Below are positions 51,828 to 63,359 of a DNA stretch of 64,000 bases, in pieces. The DNA is from Candidatus Latescibacterota bacterium (GTDB taxonomy: Bacteria > Latescibacterota > UBA2968 > UBA8231): positions 1,888,001 through 1,952,000 of the forward strand of contig CBDCXV010000010.1 in NCBI GenBank assembly GCA_965223905.1, written 5' to 3'. The notes under the pieces were generated by a model that was given only the letters and a program-made list of their open reading frames with translations, was not told the origin of the DNA and did not search any database. Every line of letters starts with the position of its first letter. The first letter of the stretch is position 1. The position numbers and the translations under genes were made by a program.

Positions 51828-52814
51828 ATGTTGCGTTTCATAGGCCGTCGTTTGCTCCTGATGGTTCCCACGCTCATCGCGATCTCCATGCTCTCGTTCC
51901 TCATCATCCAGCTTCCCCCAGGTGACTTTCTTTCCTTCTACGTGGCCAATCTGACGGAGCAAGCCGGGGAGATAGACGAAGCTGAATTGGAGGCCATCAA
52001 GGCCCGCTATGGCCTCGATCAACCCATGCCGCTGCAGTACCTGAGATGGCTGTGGGGATTCATCCGTGGAGACATGGGCAGGTCGATGCAGTGGGGAGCG
52101 CCAGTGGAGAGCCTCATCGCCGCCCGACTCCCCATGAGCATGGCAATCTCGCTTGCCTCGTTGATATTCGTCTACCTCGTGGCCATACCCATCGGGACGT
52201 ATTCCGCGACTCATCAGTACTCGATTGGTGACTACGTCTTCACGACGGTCGGTTTCATCGGATTGGCCATTCCGAACTTCTTCTTGGCGCTGGTTCTGCT
52301 CTACTATTACTACGTGGCCACTGGAGACGTCCTCGTGGGATTCTTCTCCAGAGCCTACCAGGATGCGCCGTGGAGCTTCGCCAGGCTCTGGGACATGATG
52401 AAGCACCTGTGGCTGCCCACTGTGGTGGTAGGCACCGCCGGTACCTGCGGTCTCATTCGTGTGATGCGGGCCAATCTGCTCGATGAGCTGCAGAAGCCGT
52501 ACGTTATGGTCGCTCGGTCCAAAGGGCTTTCGAGACGACGCGTTCTGTACAAGTATCCCTTCCGGATGGCGATCAATCCCATGATTAGTACCATCGGGTG
52601 GATGCTCCCCACCTTGTTCGGGGGCGAGCTCCTCGTGTCGCTGGTGCTCAACATTCCCACCATTTCTCCGTTGTTCGTGGGCGCGCTTCTGAGCCAGGAT
52701 ATGTTCCTCGCGGGATCAATCGTGATGATCGTCAGCTCGTTGACGGTGATCGGGACGCTCATATCTGATATCGCCCTGGGGTGGGTGGACCCCCGTATCC
52801 GGGAGGCCGTGTAG
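51828..52814 (+). CDS. ABC permease, OppB/DppB-like
   Basis: YGLDQP; ARSKGL EAA region; DPRIR. Confidence 0.93.
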   Translation: MLRFIGRRLLLMVPTLIAISMLSFLIIQLPPGDFLSFYVANLTEQAGEIDEAELEAIKARYGLDQPMPLQYLRWLWGFIRGDMGRSMQWGAPVESLIAARLPMSMAISLASLIFVYLVAIPIGTYSATHQYSIGDYVFTTVGFIGLAIPNFFLALVLLYYYYVATGDVLVGFFSRAYQDAPWSFARLWDMMKHLWLPTVVVGTAGTCGLIRVMRANLLDELQKPYVMVARSKGLSRRRVLYKYPFRMAINPMISTIGWMLPTLFGGELLVSLVLNIPTISPLFVGALLSQDMFLAGSIVMIVSSLTVIGTLISDIALGWVDPRIREAV

Positions 52815-53918
52815 GTGAAGAAGAATACAACTGGGGATCGCCTGCTGGTCGCTTCGCAATGGCAGCTCATTCGCTGGAAGTTCTTCCGGCACAAGCTCGC
52901 CGTGGGAGCGCTGGTTGTTCTTGGTCTCTTGTACTTCGGGGCGATCTTCGCAGAGTTCGTGGCGCCCATGGATCCGACACAGATCAATGCCAGGCGCAAG
53001 CTCTGCCCGCCGACGAAGATCCACTTCAGAGACGAGAATGGCCTACACCTGCGGCCGTTTGTCTATGGTCTCACCCACACCAAGGATCCCGAGACGTTGC
53101 TGAGGACCTACTCCGAGGACAAGAGTGTCACCTATCGGATACGTTTTTTCGTTCGCTCCTCGGAGTACAAGCTGTGGGGCCTGTTCAGGAGCGAGATCCA
53201 TCTCTTCGGGGTCGAAGAAGGTGATTTCTTCCTATTCGGGACGGACCTTTATGGCCGAGACGTCTTTTCCCGCATCATCTACGGTTCTCGAATATCCCTG
53301 TCCATAGGGCTCGTGGGCATCGCACTCGGCTTTGTCTTGGGGGTATTGATTGGCGGCGTCTCCGGGTACGTGGGCGGAACCGTGGACGTGGTGATCCAGC
53401 GCATCATCGAGTTTGTCAAATCCATTCCGACCCTGCCGTTGTGGATGGGGCTGAGTGTAGCTCTCCCGCCACACTGGTCCATGATCAAGGTCTACTTCGG
53501 TATCGTGGTCATTCTTTCTCTCATTGGCTGGACGGATCTTGCCCGGGTGGTGCGCGGCAAGTTCATGGCCCTTCGGGAAGAGGACTTCGTCATGGCGGCT
53601 CGATTGCACGGAGCAGGGCAGCTCAAGATCATCCTGAAGCACATGCTGCCTTCATTCTACAGCCACATCATCGCCTCGTTGACTCTCTCGGTGCCAGGGA
53701 TGATTCTGGGTGAGAGCGCGTTGAGTTTCATAGGCCTGGGGCTGCAGGCGCCGGCCATAAGTTGGGGGGTGCTTCTGCAGCAGGCCCAGGCTATCCGGGT
53801 ATTGGCGAACGCGCCTTGGCTCATGATGCCGGGGTTGTGGATAATCGTAACGATCTTTGCGTTCAATTTCCTTGGTGACGGGTTGCGGGATGCAGCAGAC
53901 CCGTACGCGGCGGTGTGA
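52815..53918 (+). CDS. ABC permease, OppC/DppC-like
   Basis: GTDLYGRDVFSRI; EEDFVMAARLHGA; GDGLRDAADP. Confidence 0.93.
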   Translation: MKKNTTGDRLLVASQWQLIRWKFFRHKLAVGALVVLGLLYFGAIFAEFVAPMDPTQINARRKLCPPTKIHFRDENGLHLRPFVYGLTHTKDPETLLRTYSEDKSVTYRIRFFVRSSEYKLWGLFRSEIHLFGVEEGDFFLFGTDLYGRDVFSRIIYGSRISLSIGLVGIALGFVLGVLIGGVSGYVGGTVDVVIQRIIEFVKSIPTLPLWMGLSVALPPHWSMIKVYFGIVVILSLIGWTDLARVVRGKFMALREEDFVMAARLHGAGQLKIILKHMLPSFYSHIIASLTLSVPGMILGESALSFIGLGLQAPAISWGVLLQQAQAIRVLANAPWLMMPGLWIIVTIFAFNFLGDGLRDAADPYAAV

Positions 53919-54937
53919 GGAATTTCGATATGGGGTCCAAGAGTGATGACTACCTGCTGAAGGTTGTGGACCTGGGGACCCATTTCTTCTCCCGTGAAGG
54001 GACTCTGAGGGCTGTAGATGGCGTGGACTTCGCGGTCAGACGAGGACAGACCCTGGGCATCGTCGGTGAGAGTGGGTGTGGCAAGAGTGTTACGGCGCAG
54101 TCCATTCTGCGGATAGTGCCAAAGAACGGCAAGATCGTCACCGGACAGATACTTCTGAAGACTGCAGACGCGGTCGTGGATCTCGCGCAACTCGATCCCG
54201 AAGGGGATGAGATTCGCGCCATCCAGGGTAAGGAAGTCGCCATGATCTTCCAGGAGCCCATGACATCGTTTTGCCCGGTGTACACCATCGGCAATCAGAT
54301 TACCGAAGTGATCCGGCTTCATCAGGAGGCCACCAAGGGAGAGGCTCACGAGCGGGCTCTGGACATACTACGTCACGTCAGTATGCCCAATCCTGAACAG
54401 GCCATTAATGCCTATCCCTTCAATCTCAGTGGCGGTATGCGCCAGAGAGCCATGATCGCCATGGCGCTATCGTGCCGTCCCAGCCTGCTCATCGCGGACG
54501 AACCCACCACAGCCGTGGATGTCACGATTCAGGCCCAAGTGCTCGATCTGATTTCCAGACTCCAGCGGGAGCTGGGCATGGCTGTGATCCTCATTACCCA
54601 CGATCTGGGAGTCGTTGGTGACCTGGCAGATGACGTGTTGGTCATGTATCTGGGAAGAAACGTGGAGTCGGCCGAGGCTCGCCAGCTCTTCCGCGATCCC
54701 AAGCACCCCTACACCCAGGGGCTCCTCGCATCCATTCCCAAGCTCGGTGAGGCCGGCGGGCGCAAGATAGAGCCTATTTCCGGTTCGGTGCCGAGCATCT
54801 ACGAGATGCCGAAAGGATGCAGATTTCATCCCCGTTGCCCCGAGTTCATCAGTGGTGTGTGCGACGAGCGGGAGCCGCCCTCTGTGGAGACGGCGCCGCA
54901 TCACTTTGTGAGTTGCTGGCTCTACGCGGACAGGTAG
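53915..54937 (+). CDS. ABC ATPase, OppD/DppD-like
   Basis: [31 protein letters not shown]. Confidence 0.94.
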   Translation: MRNFDMGSKSDDYLLKVVDLGTHFFSREGTLRAVDGVDFAVRRGQTLGIVGESGCGKSVTAQSILRIVPKNGKIVTGQILLKTADAVVDLAQLDPEGDEIRAIQGKEVAMIFQEPMTSFCPVYTIGNQITEVIRLHQEATKGEAHERALDILRHVSMPNPEQAINAYPFNLSGGMRQRAMIAMALSCRPSLLIADEPTTAVDVTIQAQVLDLISRLQRELGMAVILITHDLGVVGDLADDVLVMYLGRNVESAEARQLFRDPKHPYTQGLLASIPKLGEAGGRKIEPISGSVPSIYEMPKGCRFHPRCPEFISGVCDEREPPSVETAPHHFVSCWLYADR

Positions 54938-54943
54938 GATGAG

Positions 54944-56002
54944 ATGAACAACAGAGTCCTTCTTCAAGTAGAGGATCTAAAGAAGCACTTCGTTCGAACG
55001 CACGGCCTCCGGAGAAAGGTAACGGGGATAGTGAAGGCCGTCGACGGCGTCAGCCTCCACATACGCTCCGGGGAGACCCTCGCTCTGGTGGGGGAGAGCG
55101 GCAGCGGTAAGACCACCCTGGGCCGATCGGTGCTGCGGGCGATAGAGCCGACCTCCGGATCCGTCAGCTATCGCCTGAAAGACGACACGCCCACCAACTT
55201 CCTGGCCTTGGGCAGGACAGGCTTGACGGAGATGCGCCGTCACCTGTCCATGGTATTTCAGGACCCTTACTCCTCCCTCAATCCTCGGATGAGTGTGCTG
55301 GACATCGTGGGGGAACCCCTCGTCAACTACGGCGTCATGAGGCGCCGGCGGCAGGTCCGGGAGCGGGTAGCCGAGCTCCTGCGCATGGTCCTATTGGACC
55401 CGGAGTACATGGGCAGATATCCCCACGCCTTCAGCGGCGGACAACGCCAGAGAATCGCGATTGCTCGTGCCCTGTCGTTGGATCCGCAATTCATTGTGCT
55501 CGACGAGCCGGTTTCGGCCCTCGATGTGTCGGTGCAGGCCCAAGTGCTGAATCTGCTCAAGGAGCTCCAGGACGAGCTCAACCTGACGTATCTGTTCATC
55601 GCGCACAATCTCGCCGTGATCGAGTACGTAAGCAGCCGAGTGGCGGTGATGTATGTCGGCCAGATCGTGGAGATGTCGGCGACCCAGGAAGTCTTCAGAA
55701 GTCCCCGTCACCCCTATACGGAAGCGCTCTTGTCCGCCGTTCCGAAAGGCGATCCGGACAACAGAAGCGAGCGGATCGTCCTGGAAGGTGATGTAGCGGA
55801 CCCTGCCAATCCTCCGTCGGGCTGCTACTTCCATCCCCGTTGCGGTTACGCCAAAGCCATCTGCAGGGAGCGCACGCCCGAGCTGATTGATGTGAGCGCC
55901 TCGCACGAGGCCGAGCATTTGGCGGCGTGTCATTTCGCCGAAGAGCTCAAGCTGGCCGGCGTTGGTGGACAGGGCCGGCAGGGAAAGGTGCCGACCGAAT
56001 GA
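54944..56002 (+). CDS. ABC ATPase, OppF/DppF-like
   Basis: [25 protein letters not shown]. Confidence 0.94.
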   Translation: MNNRVLLQVEDLKKHFVRTHGLRRKVTGIVKAVDGVSLHIRSGETLALVGESGSGKTTLGRSVLRAIEPTSGSVSYRLKDDTPTNFLALGRTGLTEMRRHLSMVFQDPYSSLNPRMSVLDIVGEPLVNYGVMRRRRQVRERVAELLRMVLLDPEYMGRYPHAFSGGQRQRIAIARALSLDPQFIVLDEPVSALDVSVQAQVLNLLKELQDELNLTYLFIAHNLAVIEYVSSRVAVMYVGQIVEMSATQEVFRSPRHPYTEALLSAVPKGDPDNRSERIVLEGDVADPANPPSGCYFHPRCGYAKAICRERTPELIDVSASHEAEHLAACHFAEELKLAGVGGQGRQGKVPTE

Positions 56003-56075
56003 CCAGGAGAATTGTCGGGGTCGCTCAGACGCATCCGGCTGCAAGGCCGGACGGCGCCCCGGCTCGAGGCGGCGT

Positions 56076-57812
56076 TTACCGTGCAGTAGGGGCGATTCCG
56101 CTTCCCTCGCGAATCACCAGGACCCTGTTGGAAGGCAGATTCTCGAAGCGCTCGACCAGACCGCTCGGCCAGGATACTTCCAGCCGGTCTACCTCGGTAC
56201 ACTCCCCCAGACCGAAGTGGAGCCTCGGATCATTCTGCGATAAATAGCTCGAACCGCTACGCACCTCGTTGACCTGGGTCACGTTGCCGCACGTGAGTTT
56301 CACCCGAGCCCCGATGCCGTCCCTGTTGCTCTCGGTGCCTTCCGTCCGGACCAGCAGATGGTTGTTTCGATTGCCACCATCGTTGCGCAGCAGCGTCGGG
56401 AGATCGTTGAGCTCCAGGACGAATATGTCGAGGTCGCCGTCCTCATCGTAATCTCCGAAGGCGGCGCCCCTGCTTACCTTCTCGATCCGCAGTCCCGCAC
56501 CCGAGGTCTGGGATACCTCCTCGAACTTGCCATCTCCCACATTCTCGAACAGCTGGTTGGTCTGGGCATAGCGGACACCCAGGTTTGCCCTGTCGATCTG
56601 CGGATAGACATGGCCGTTGGCGACGAAAAGATCCTTGTCCCCGTCGTTGTCGTAGTCGAAGAACTCGGTGCCCCAGGCGAGGAACTGAAAGCTCTCCAAC
56701 CCCACCCCCGCATCGAACGTGAGATCCGAGAAAAACTGCCCTCCGTCGTTGTGATACAGGGTATTCGTCTCTTCCCAGAAATTGGTGACTAGTATATCCG
56801 GATATTCGTCGTTGTCGTAGTCTCCGAAAGCGATGCCCATGCACCCCTGTGACTCGCCGCCCTCGCCGTATGCCGCACCCTTCATCCAGGCCACGTCGGT
56901 GAAGGTCCCGTCGCCCGAGTTCTCGTAGAGATAGTTGGGTCCGGTATCGTTGGCCACGTAAACGTCCGCATCGCCGTCGTTGTCGTAGTCTCCCGCCACG
57001 ACGCCGAGTCCGTACAGCAAGTCGCGATCCACCAGACCGGCGGCGGCCGTCGCATCGGAAAAGACGCCGTCACCGTCGTTGCGGTAGAAGACGTCCGCTT
57101 CCCCCAGCATACCCTGCGGTCCGAAGTGGACGGTCAACCCCCGCCATTCGTGCTTCCTGTCGGGAGTCGTCGCCATGAAGTGATCGAAGTCGACGTAGTT
57201 CGCCACGTACAGGTCGAGATCACCATCGCGCTCGTAGTCGAAGAAAGCGCAGCCGGTGCTGAATGTCTCTACTCCGATTACTCCGGCGCGCTGCGCGACA
57301 TCTACGAAGCCCCCATCTGCCCGATTCTCGTACAGCCCGTTGCTGCCGTAGTTGGTCACGTAGACGTCCGCGTCCCCGTCGTTGTCGTAATCGGCGACGG
57401 CGCAACCCATCCCCCAACGGGCGTCGCCAAGGCCCGATGCTGCTGTGGCGTCCGAAAACATCGCGCCGTCGTTGCGGTAGAGGGCGTTGCGCGGACGATC
57501 CGGGCCGGAAAACCCTTCGACCGTCGACCCGTTCAGCACGTACAGGTCCAGGTCTCCGTCCCGATCGTAGTCGAAGAAGGCCGACCCCCCCATGAAGGCA
57601 TCGACCACGTACTGCTGTTCGCCATCACCGGAGACGTTCATTGTGGTGACGCCGACCTCTGCCGCGACATCGACAAACTGCACGCCCGTGCTTGGCACGG
57701 GCGCGTCGTCGGCAGCCTGCAAGTGGCCGGCGGCCAGCAAGTGGCCGCTGAGAACAATCGATATGAGAAGCTGTCTTGAGAATCCTGATCCGCGAGCCCT
57801 CCGCCAGCTCAT
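56076..57812 (-). CDS. CRTAC1/ASPIC-UnbV family protein
   Basis: DYDxDGD repeats; SNRDGIGARV; SYLSQNDPRLHFGLG. Confidence 0.92.
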   Translation of the reverse strand: MSWRRARGSGFSRQLLISIVLSGHLLAAGHLQAADDAPVPSTGVQFVDVAAEVGVTTMNVSGDGEQQYVVDAFMGGSAFFDYDRDGDLDLYVLNGSTVEGFSGPDRPRNALYRNDGAMFSDATAASGLGDARWGMGCAVADYDNDGDADVYVTNYGSNGLYENRADGGFVDVAQRAGVIGVETFSTGCAFFDYERDGDLDLYVANYVDFDHFMATTPDRKHEWRGLTVHFGPQGMLGEADVFYRNDGDGVFSDATAAAGLVDRDLLYGLGVVAGDYDNDGDADVYVANDTGPNYLYENSGDGTFTDVAWMKGAAYGEGGESQGCMGIAFGDYDNDEYPDILVTNFWEETNTLYHNDGGQFFSDLTFDAGVGLESFQFLAWGTEFFDYDNDGDKDLFVANGHVYPQIDRANLGVRYAQTNQLFENVGDGKFEEVSQTSGAGLRIEKVSRGAAFGDYDEDGDLDIFVLELNDLPTLLRNDGGNRNNHLLVRTEGTESNRDGIGARVKLTCGNVTQVNEVRSGSSYLSQNDPRLHFGLGECTEVDRLEVSWPSGLVERFENLPSNRVLVIREGSGIAPTAR

Positions 57813-59338
57813 GGATCCATCTCGTCTGCCGGCTCCAGCCTGCGAACGATCTCGAACTGCTCATCCGCTTCCTGGTACCTGCCCGTCTTCAGGTAGGCGT
57901 CGCCCAGACGACGATGGTATTCGGCATTGGCAGGGTCGAGAGCGATGGCTAGCTTGTACTCGTTGATGGCACTGAGGTCGCGTCCTTGTCTCGAATACTG
58001 CACCGCGAGCTGGAAGTGGAACCGGGGGTTGTCGGGGACCAGGGCGACGCTGCGTTCGAGTTCGGCGATGTTGCCTTCGCGCTGTGTCCGGAATATCTGC
58101 ATTTCCCTCTCGCCCTTCTCGCGATTCCCTTGCTTGAAATTAGCGTTGGCGAGACCGAAGTGCGCTTCTGTGTTGAAGTAGTCGAGTTCGATGGCCTTCT
58201 CATACTCCGCGATGGCCTCTTCGGCTCTTCCGGTCCGGGTATACACAGCGCCCAGGGCGTAGTGGAAGAGCGTGTTGTCCGGCTCGCGCTCGATGGCCTG
58301 CCTGTACTGGTCGACAGCCTCCTCGTAGTTCCTGTTTCTGGAGTAGATAATGCCGAGGCGGTAGCGCGTGTACGCAAGGTCGGGATCCACCGTCAGGGTC
58401 TTCCTGTACTGCGCCGCCGCTTCCTCGTAGTTGCGCTGCCGCTCGTAGGCCATCCCGAGGTTGTGCTGGAACCAGCCGTTGTCGGGAGCCAGCTCGACCG
58501 CCGTGCGGTGTTCCTCCACGGCGGCGGCGAGTTTGTCCTGGTCTGCCATTGCCGCTCCCAAGAGCACGTGTGACTGTTCGGTGTAGACGAGCCCCAGCTT
58601 GTCGTGCACATCTGCACGACGGGGGTCGAGCCGCAGGGTTGCGGCAAATTCGTCTGCCGCTTCGCTCAGCCTGCCGATGGCCATGTACGCTTGGCCAAGG
58701 ACGTAGTGGACCGACGGTTCATTCTCGACCAGCTCAGCAGCCTGCCGCAGCTCTTCTATCGCTTCTGCGTATTTCTGTTGCTGGAGATTGATGGCTCCGA
58801 GTCGATAGCGAGAGGGGCCGTAGTCGGACTTGAGCCGGAGCACAGTCTCGAAGAGCTCCGTCGCCTCCTTGGGTTTTCCCTCCTGCGAGTAGATCATGCC
58901 GAGTCCGTGGTGAGCGGGGAAGTACGTCGGCTCGGATGCGATCACTCGTTCATAGGCATCCTTCGCTCTTTCCCGATCCTGGTGGATCAAGTAGATCTTG
59001 CCCAGCTTGTAGAGGGACGGCGCGTAGTCGGGGTCGAGCTCCAGCACTCTCTCGAATGCTGCCTCTGCCTCCCCGAATCTCTTGTGCAGAGCATGGATGA
59101 AACCGAGGCCGTCGAGAGCGCGGACGTGGGTGGAGTCCAGCTCGACGACCATCCGGTACTTCTCCTCGGCGCATCCGTAGTCGCCGCTCTGGGCACAGCG
59201 CTGTCCGAGCCGGTAGAGCCGTTCACTCTGTCGAGACGCGCCGTCGGACTCCTGGCCGAGGAGCTTCTGGGTACATGCCAGGAAACAGATGGCGAATACC
59301 ACACCGCCTACGACATTGCGAAGCTCAGTGCCGGTCAT
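57809..59338 (-). CDS. Tetratricopeptide-repeat protein
   Basis: Successive TPR units (A...Y..A.ELDP) along its length; N-terminal signal. Confidence 0.92.
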   Translation of the reverse strand: MTGTELRNVVGGVVFAICFLACTQKLLGQESDGASRQSERLYRLGQRCAQSGDYGCAEEKYRMVVELDSTHVRALDGLGFIHALHKRFGEAEAAFERVLELDPDYAPSLYKLGKIYLIHQDRERAKDAYERVIASEPTYFPAHHGLGMIYSQEGKPKEATELFETVLRLKSDYGPSRYRLGAINLQQQKYAEAIEELRQAAELVENEPSVHYVLGQAYMAIGRLSEAADEFAATLRLDPRRADVHDKLGLVYTEQSHVLLGAAMADQDKLAAAVEEHRTAVELAPDNGWFQHNLGMAYERQRNYEEAAAQYRKTLTVDPDLAYTRYRLGIIYSRNRNYEEAVDQYRQAIEREPDNTLFHYALGAVYTRTGRAEEAIAEYEKAIELDYFNTEAHFGLANANFKQGNREKGEREMQIFRTQREGNIAELERSVALVPDNPRFHFQLAVQYSRQGRDLSAINEYKLAIALDPANAEYHRRLGDAYLKTGRYQEADEQFEIVRRLEPADEMDP

Positions 59339-59415
59339 GTTGCGCTGGTCTTACTGATGGTGGGCTGCTCCCTTGACGCGCGCTCCGGGGGTGGAGCTGG
59401 GGAGCTCTGTCTGCC

Positions 59416-61401
59416 TCAATAGGCCACCGCGACGACGCCGGTGTTGGTCTCCTTACCTGACTGCACGTCCACCACGAGCCGGTACAGATACAGCGCGGGC
59501 GGTACGAGCTCGTCCGAGTCGTCCCGGCCGTCCCACGCGTGGCTGTACTCACCCACGGGATCCTCCCCCTCATACACCCGTCTCACCGGCCTGCCCGACA
59601 GATCGTAAATCTCGAGTGAAACCGGCACCGCCGAGGTCAACCGCAGCAGCTTGTAGGATATGTTCGCCGCCTCATTCACCCCGTCAGCCGTTCGGCGTAA
59701 ACGGATTCGGCGAAATCCGAGGCGAAAACACCAGCGATTCGCTCAGAGCTGTTCTAACCGACAAACGATCACCTTCGATCTCATCGGTAGCATTGCCCGG
59801 CACAACCCGCTGCCGCACCTCGTGCGGCCTGGTCGTGTCGAACACTCTGCCTGCAAACTCGGTGCCCACTTCTCTCAGCACCGGAGCGGTGAACACCACC
59901 TCCACCAGCGCACCGGTTTGCGTCGAATCCAGCCGGCTCGGGAGCAGGACCTCGAACCCCAGACTATCTTCGTGGATGATCGACGAGAAATCCTTCTGAT
60001 CGACGCCGGCTATGCGCAGCGAATCGACCGACACCACCCCTGAAGGCGTCGCGATCTCCACCCCGTCAAAGCTTCTCTCGCCGGACCGGATCGTCGGACT
60101 GAGGTAATACGTAAACTGCGTCGCTTCGCCCACCCGGGTCTGGATCGGGTGAATCTCCCCGACCAGGCGGCGGACCAACGGCGGTACCGATGCCTTGAAC
60201 TCTATGTAGTCGAGCTTGCCCGCGTCCGCGACGGTGGTGGAGGCAAAATCCACTCTGATCTGGACGAACTTTCGAGGGCCGGGGGATACGATAGGGACCC
60301 CGGGATTCCCGAACGCATACGGACGCGAATAGAAGCTCCAGTGCTCCGTGTCGGGAGTCGTCCTGTCCAGCTCGTTTTCCGGTTTGTCAAAATCTTCCAC
60401 TCTGTCATACCGGCTCTTGTACTCCGTCATACTCAGGTCGCCGCCCCCCAGCAGAAACCTGACGAAGTCATGCTGTTCGTGGCGGGTCTCCCAGAAAATG
60501 ACCGGGTGCGGGTCGGCGCCTGCCCGGGTGCGGATGGCGACCCGGGCGCGGGGATCCTGCCGTCCAGACCAGCGGACCTCGCCCAGACTGGCGATGTCGT
60601 CCAGCTCGATGACGTCGGATTCATACGAGGCCTGCTTCGCGTACCCTCCTCCGTACAGCTCGAAAGCAGCCAACCGTACAGCTCGAAAGCAGCCAACCCG
60701 ATCTCCTTGGGCGTCTGCCGCAGGATCAACAACTGCACGAAGTTGGTCGTCACCGGAGGATCGAGCTTCAAGCTGACGTCGGGTTCGGTGTTGTCTTCCA
60801 CCTCCACAACAGGTCCGAGATTCCCGGTCCAGTTACAGCAAGGGTACACCCGGTCGCTGACACCGATGACGAATCGCTCCAGGAAGTGGTCCGTCCTGTC
60901 CGGCAGAGTCCGGAATCTCACTTCCCTGATGAAGAATCGCCCGCCTAAATCGAAATTCACTCTCAAGGATGCAAAAGGGTCGTTGCAACAGGAGGCGCGA
61001 TTGTCGAGGTGCCCCTGATCTACGGCCTTCCACGAGTACCCCGTACCCGGATCCTGATCGACCAGTCGATTTGCGGCCGTTTGTTCGAGGATACCTTTGC
61101 CAGCCTCCCGCTGCGCGACCACCCAGCCGCCTCTGCTCAACGACGATGCGGCAATATCGTCGTCTCCCCCGATGAAATGGGGCTGCAGGATACCGACCTG
61201 TAGCGAGTCCGGATCGAGGGCATCCTCCAGCTGCGAGTTCTCCGACCACCCGAGCTCCCTGAGCTCAATGCCGATCCCCTCCAGGCTATCCCTTTCCGCC
61301 TCGGAAAAGGGCTGGCCGATGCGGTAGATGGTCACACCCGAAGCGACGCGCGCATTGAGAGCGAGGGCCATCGAGACAAGCAGGAGAATTCCCGTCGTCA
61401 T
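59416..61401 (-). pseudogene. FTPNGDG/FlgD-Ig C-terminal-domain protein, frameshifted
   Basis: Homologous to 35981-37729; 23-bp tandem duplication 60651-60696 and a +1 insertion in NPFTPNG/DG near 59686. Confidence 0.8.
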
Positions 61402-61599
61402 CTGGCAGAGAGATTTGGAGGAGGCGGATAGCATCGAATATGTCAAGCGCCCTCGGATTGTGAATGTCCGGGCTGCGGCTCGCTGCGCGAGGGCGTCGAT
61501 GCTGGTAACGCACAATGAAAGTATGCAATTGTCTGGAGAGGAACAAGATACGTGCGGGATGCGGTGCGATTAGCGTGGCGGGCTGTGGATCGACACACC

Positions 61600-61975
61600 C
61601 AGTGGCAGGTGAGCTACCTCCTCGTCGCCGGCACCGACACCCGAGGATGGCACTCCTCACACGCCGGGCCACGACTTCATCGAAGCCGGCGACGTCATCG
61701 GAGGCCGGGGCGGACTCATCTACTTCGTCAAGGACATCGAGGTCGGTCCGTGGGACCTGGTCGACATCCACCTCGGCTACGACGGTCCGGTGAAGGTGTG
61801 GTGGAATGGGCAGGAGGTTTTCGAAGGCCCCGGGACGAGTCCTGAGGTGCAGGACGCGACCTCGCTGCGCCTCGAATCCAGACACGGCACCAACCGTCTG
61901 GCCGTTGCCCTCGACACGCGGGGCGGCGAAGCGCGGGGGATATATCCGCGGTGGGAGCGAACCTGGGAGTCGTAA
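61600..61975 (+). pseudogene. Orphan C-terminal gene fragment (beta-sandwich domain)
   Basis: Frame reads GLIYFVKDIEV...LGYDGPVKVWWNGQEVF...GTNRLAVALDT; no start; boundary approximate. Confidence 0.4.
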
Positions 61976-62026
61976 CTGCCAGTGGCTGCGAATGTTACGC
62001 GGGCTACCGCCTAGGTTTTCAGTCGC

Positions 62027-63359
62027 TCACTCACGCCGCGAGCGATTATTTTTCAGCACCAGGACTTGGGGTCCGGAGCGAAGCAACCGCTCAAACAAGG
62101 CCTTTTCCGGTATGCCGCTTGGGATATACCCTCCCCCCAGCACGACATCGGGGTCCCCGTCACCGTCGATGTCGCCTACGTCCATGGTCAGCCAGCGCCC
62201 ACCCATCACCGTCTCGTCAGTGTACGGCAGGAAGTCGAATCCGCCTCGATTCTCGAGATACGCGAACGACTCCCACCTGTCGGACGCGTAGTGAGGGTAG
62301 AAGGCGATCGCCGCGAGATCCAGATCACCGTCGCCGTCGAAGTCGGCCGCCCTGGCGTCATAGGCTCCGTACATCGGATAGAAATACGCTTCCTCGAATC
62401 GGTAGTCGCCGCGGTTCAGGTAGATGCGAATCCCGTGGTAGTTCCTGGGCGCATTGTACAGATCGACGATATCGCCATTGGTCACCAACACGTCGGTCAG
62501 ACCGTCGCCATTGAAGTCTTGCAGCTGGAATCGAGTGTGGCCGTAGGCAGGACCGGTCTCGAACAGCAGGTGGTGCGCGAACTCCCCGCCACCCTCGTTG
62601 ACGAACAGGTGCAGCCCCTCACGGGCATCGGACATCAAGACCATGATGTCGTCTCTTCCGTCCCCGTCAAAGTCGGTCACCTCAACTGCGACCGCACCGG
62701 ACAGCGGCAGCAAGACGTGCTCCGAGAACTCCCCGTTCGGCCCTGCTTCGAACCACGAGAAACTCCCGAACACGACACCGAATCCACACACGGCGAAGTC
62801 CGCCCGCCCATCCTGGTTGAAGTCGGCCACGTCCATGTCCGCCAGTCGGAACAGGTTTTCCAGCACGACCTTCGAGGTCGCTGGTAGGATTCGGTGGTCG
62901 GCGAGTCGCACCGACGAGATGAGCGCAGGCTTCGCCAACGACGGCTTGCTCCCGCCGAAGTCGCCGATCGAGGCGATGTACGCCGTCGTCCCCACGAACT
63001 CGATGTCGACGGGACTGATCTCCGGCTTCAGACGCATCGGTGGCCCCTTGGTCTGTCCGTTGTGGTCGAGCACGGCCAACGTATGGCTCGCCCCATCACC
63101 AATGTAGACCTCCCGGGTGGCCTCCCGGATGCGGACCATCGTGGTGAGCGCGCGACGGACCGAATAGTCGGATTCCACGATGTCGAACTGCGGCAGGCTC
63201 CAGTTCAGTGACGGTTTGCCCTGTTGCGGTAGAGGGACATCCGGCGCATTGGCCACGTAGTAGTGCCACAGCGCCGCCCACTCGTCCGGTGTGAGAGCTG
63301 GACTGTCCGGAATCGCGGATTCGCGCTTCAGAATCTGGTATATGGACTTCACATTCGGC
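62027..63359 (-). pseudogene. FG-GAP/VCBS repeat protein, 5'-truncated by element A5
   Basis: DFNQDGRAD, DFDGDGRDD, DFNGDGLTD, DIDGDGDPD repeats; no signal peptide, abuts the repeat. Confidence 0.75.

Noticed and set aside
28224-55720. Extra CCTATAC matches near 28225 and 55713
   Set aside because: Both are inside intact coding frames (SLYD, HPYT), lack the upstream consensus and have no junction.
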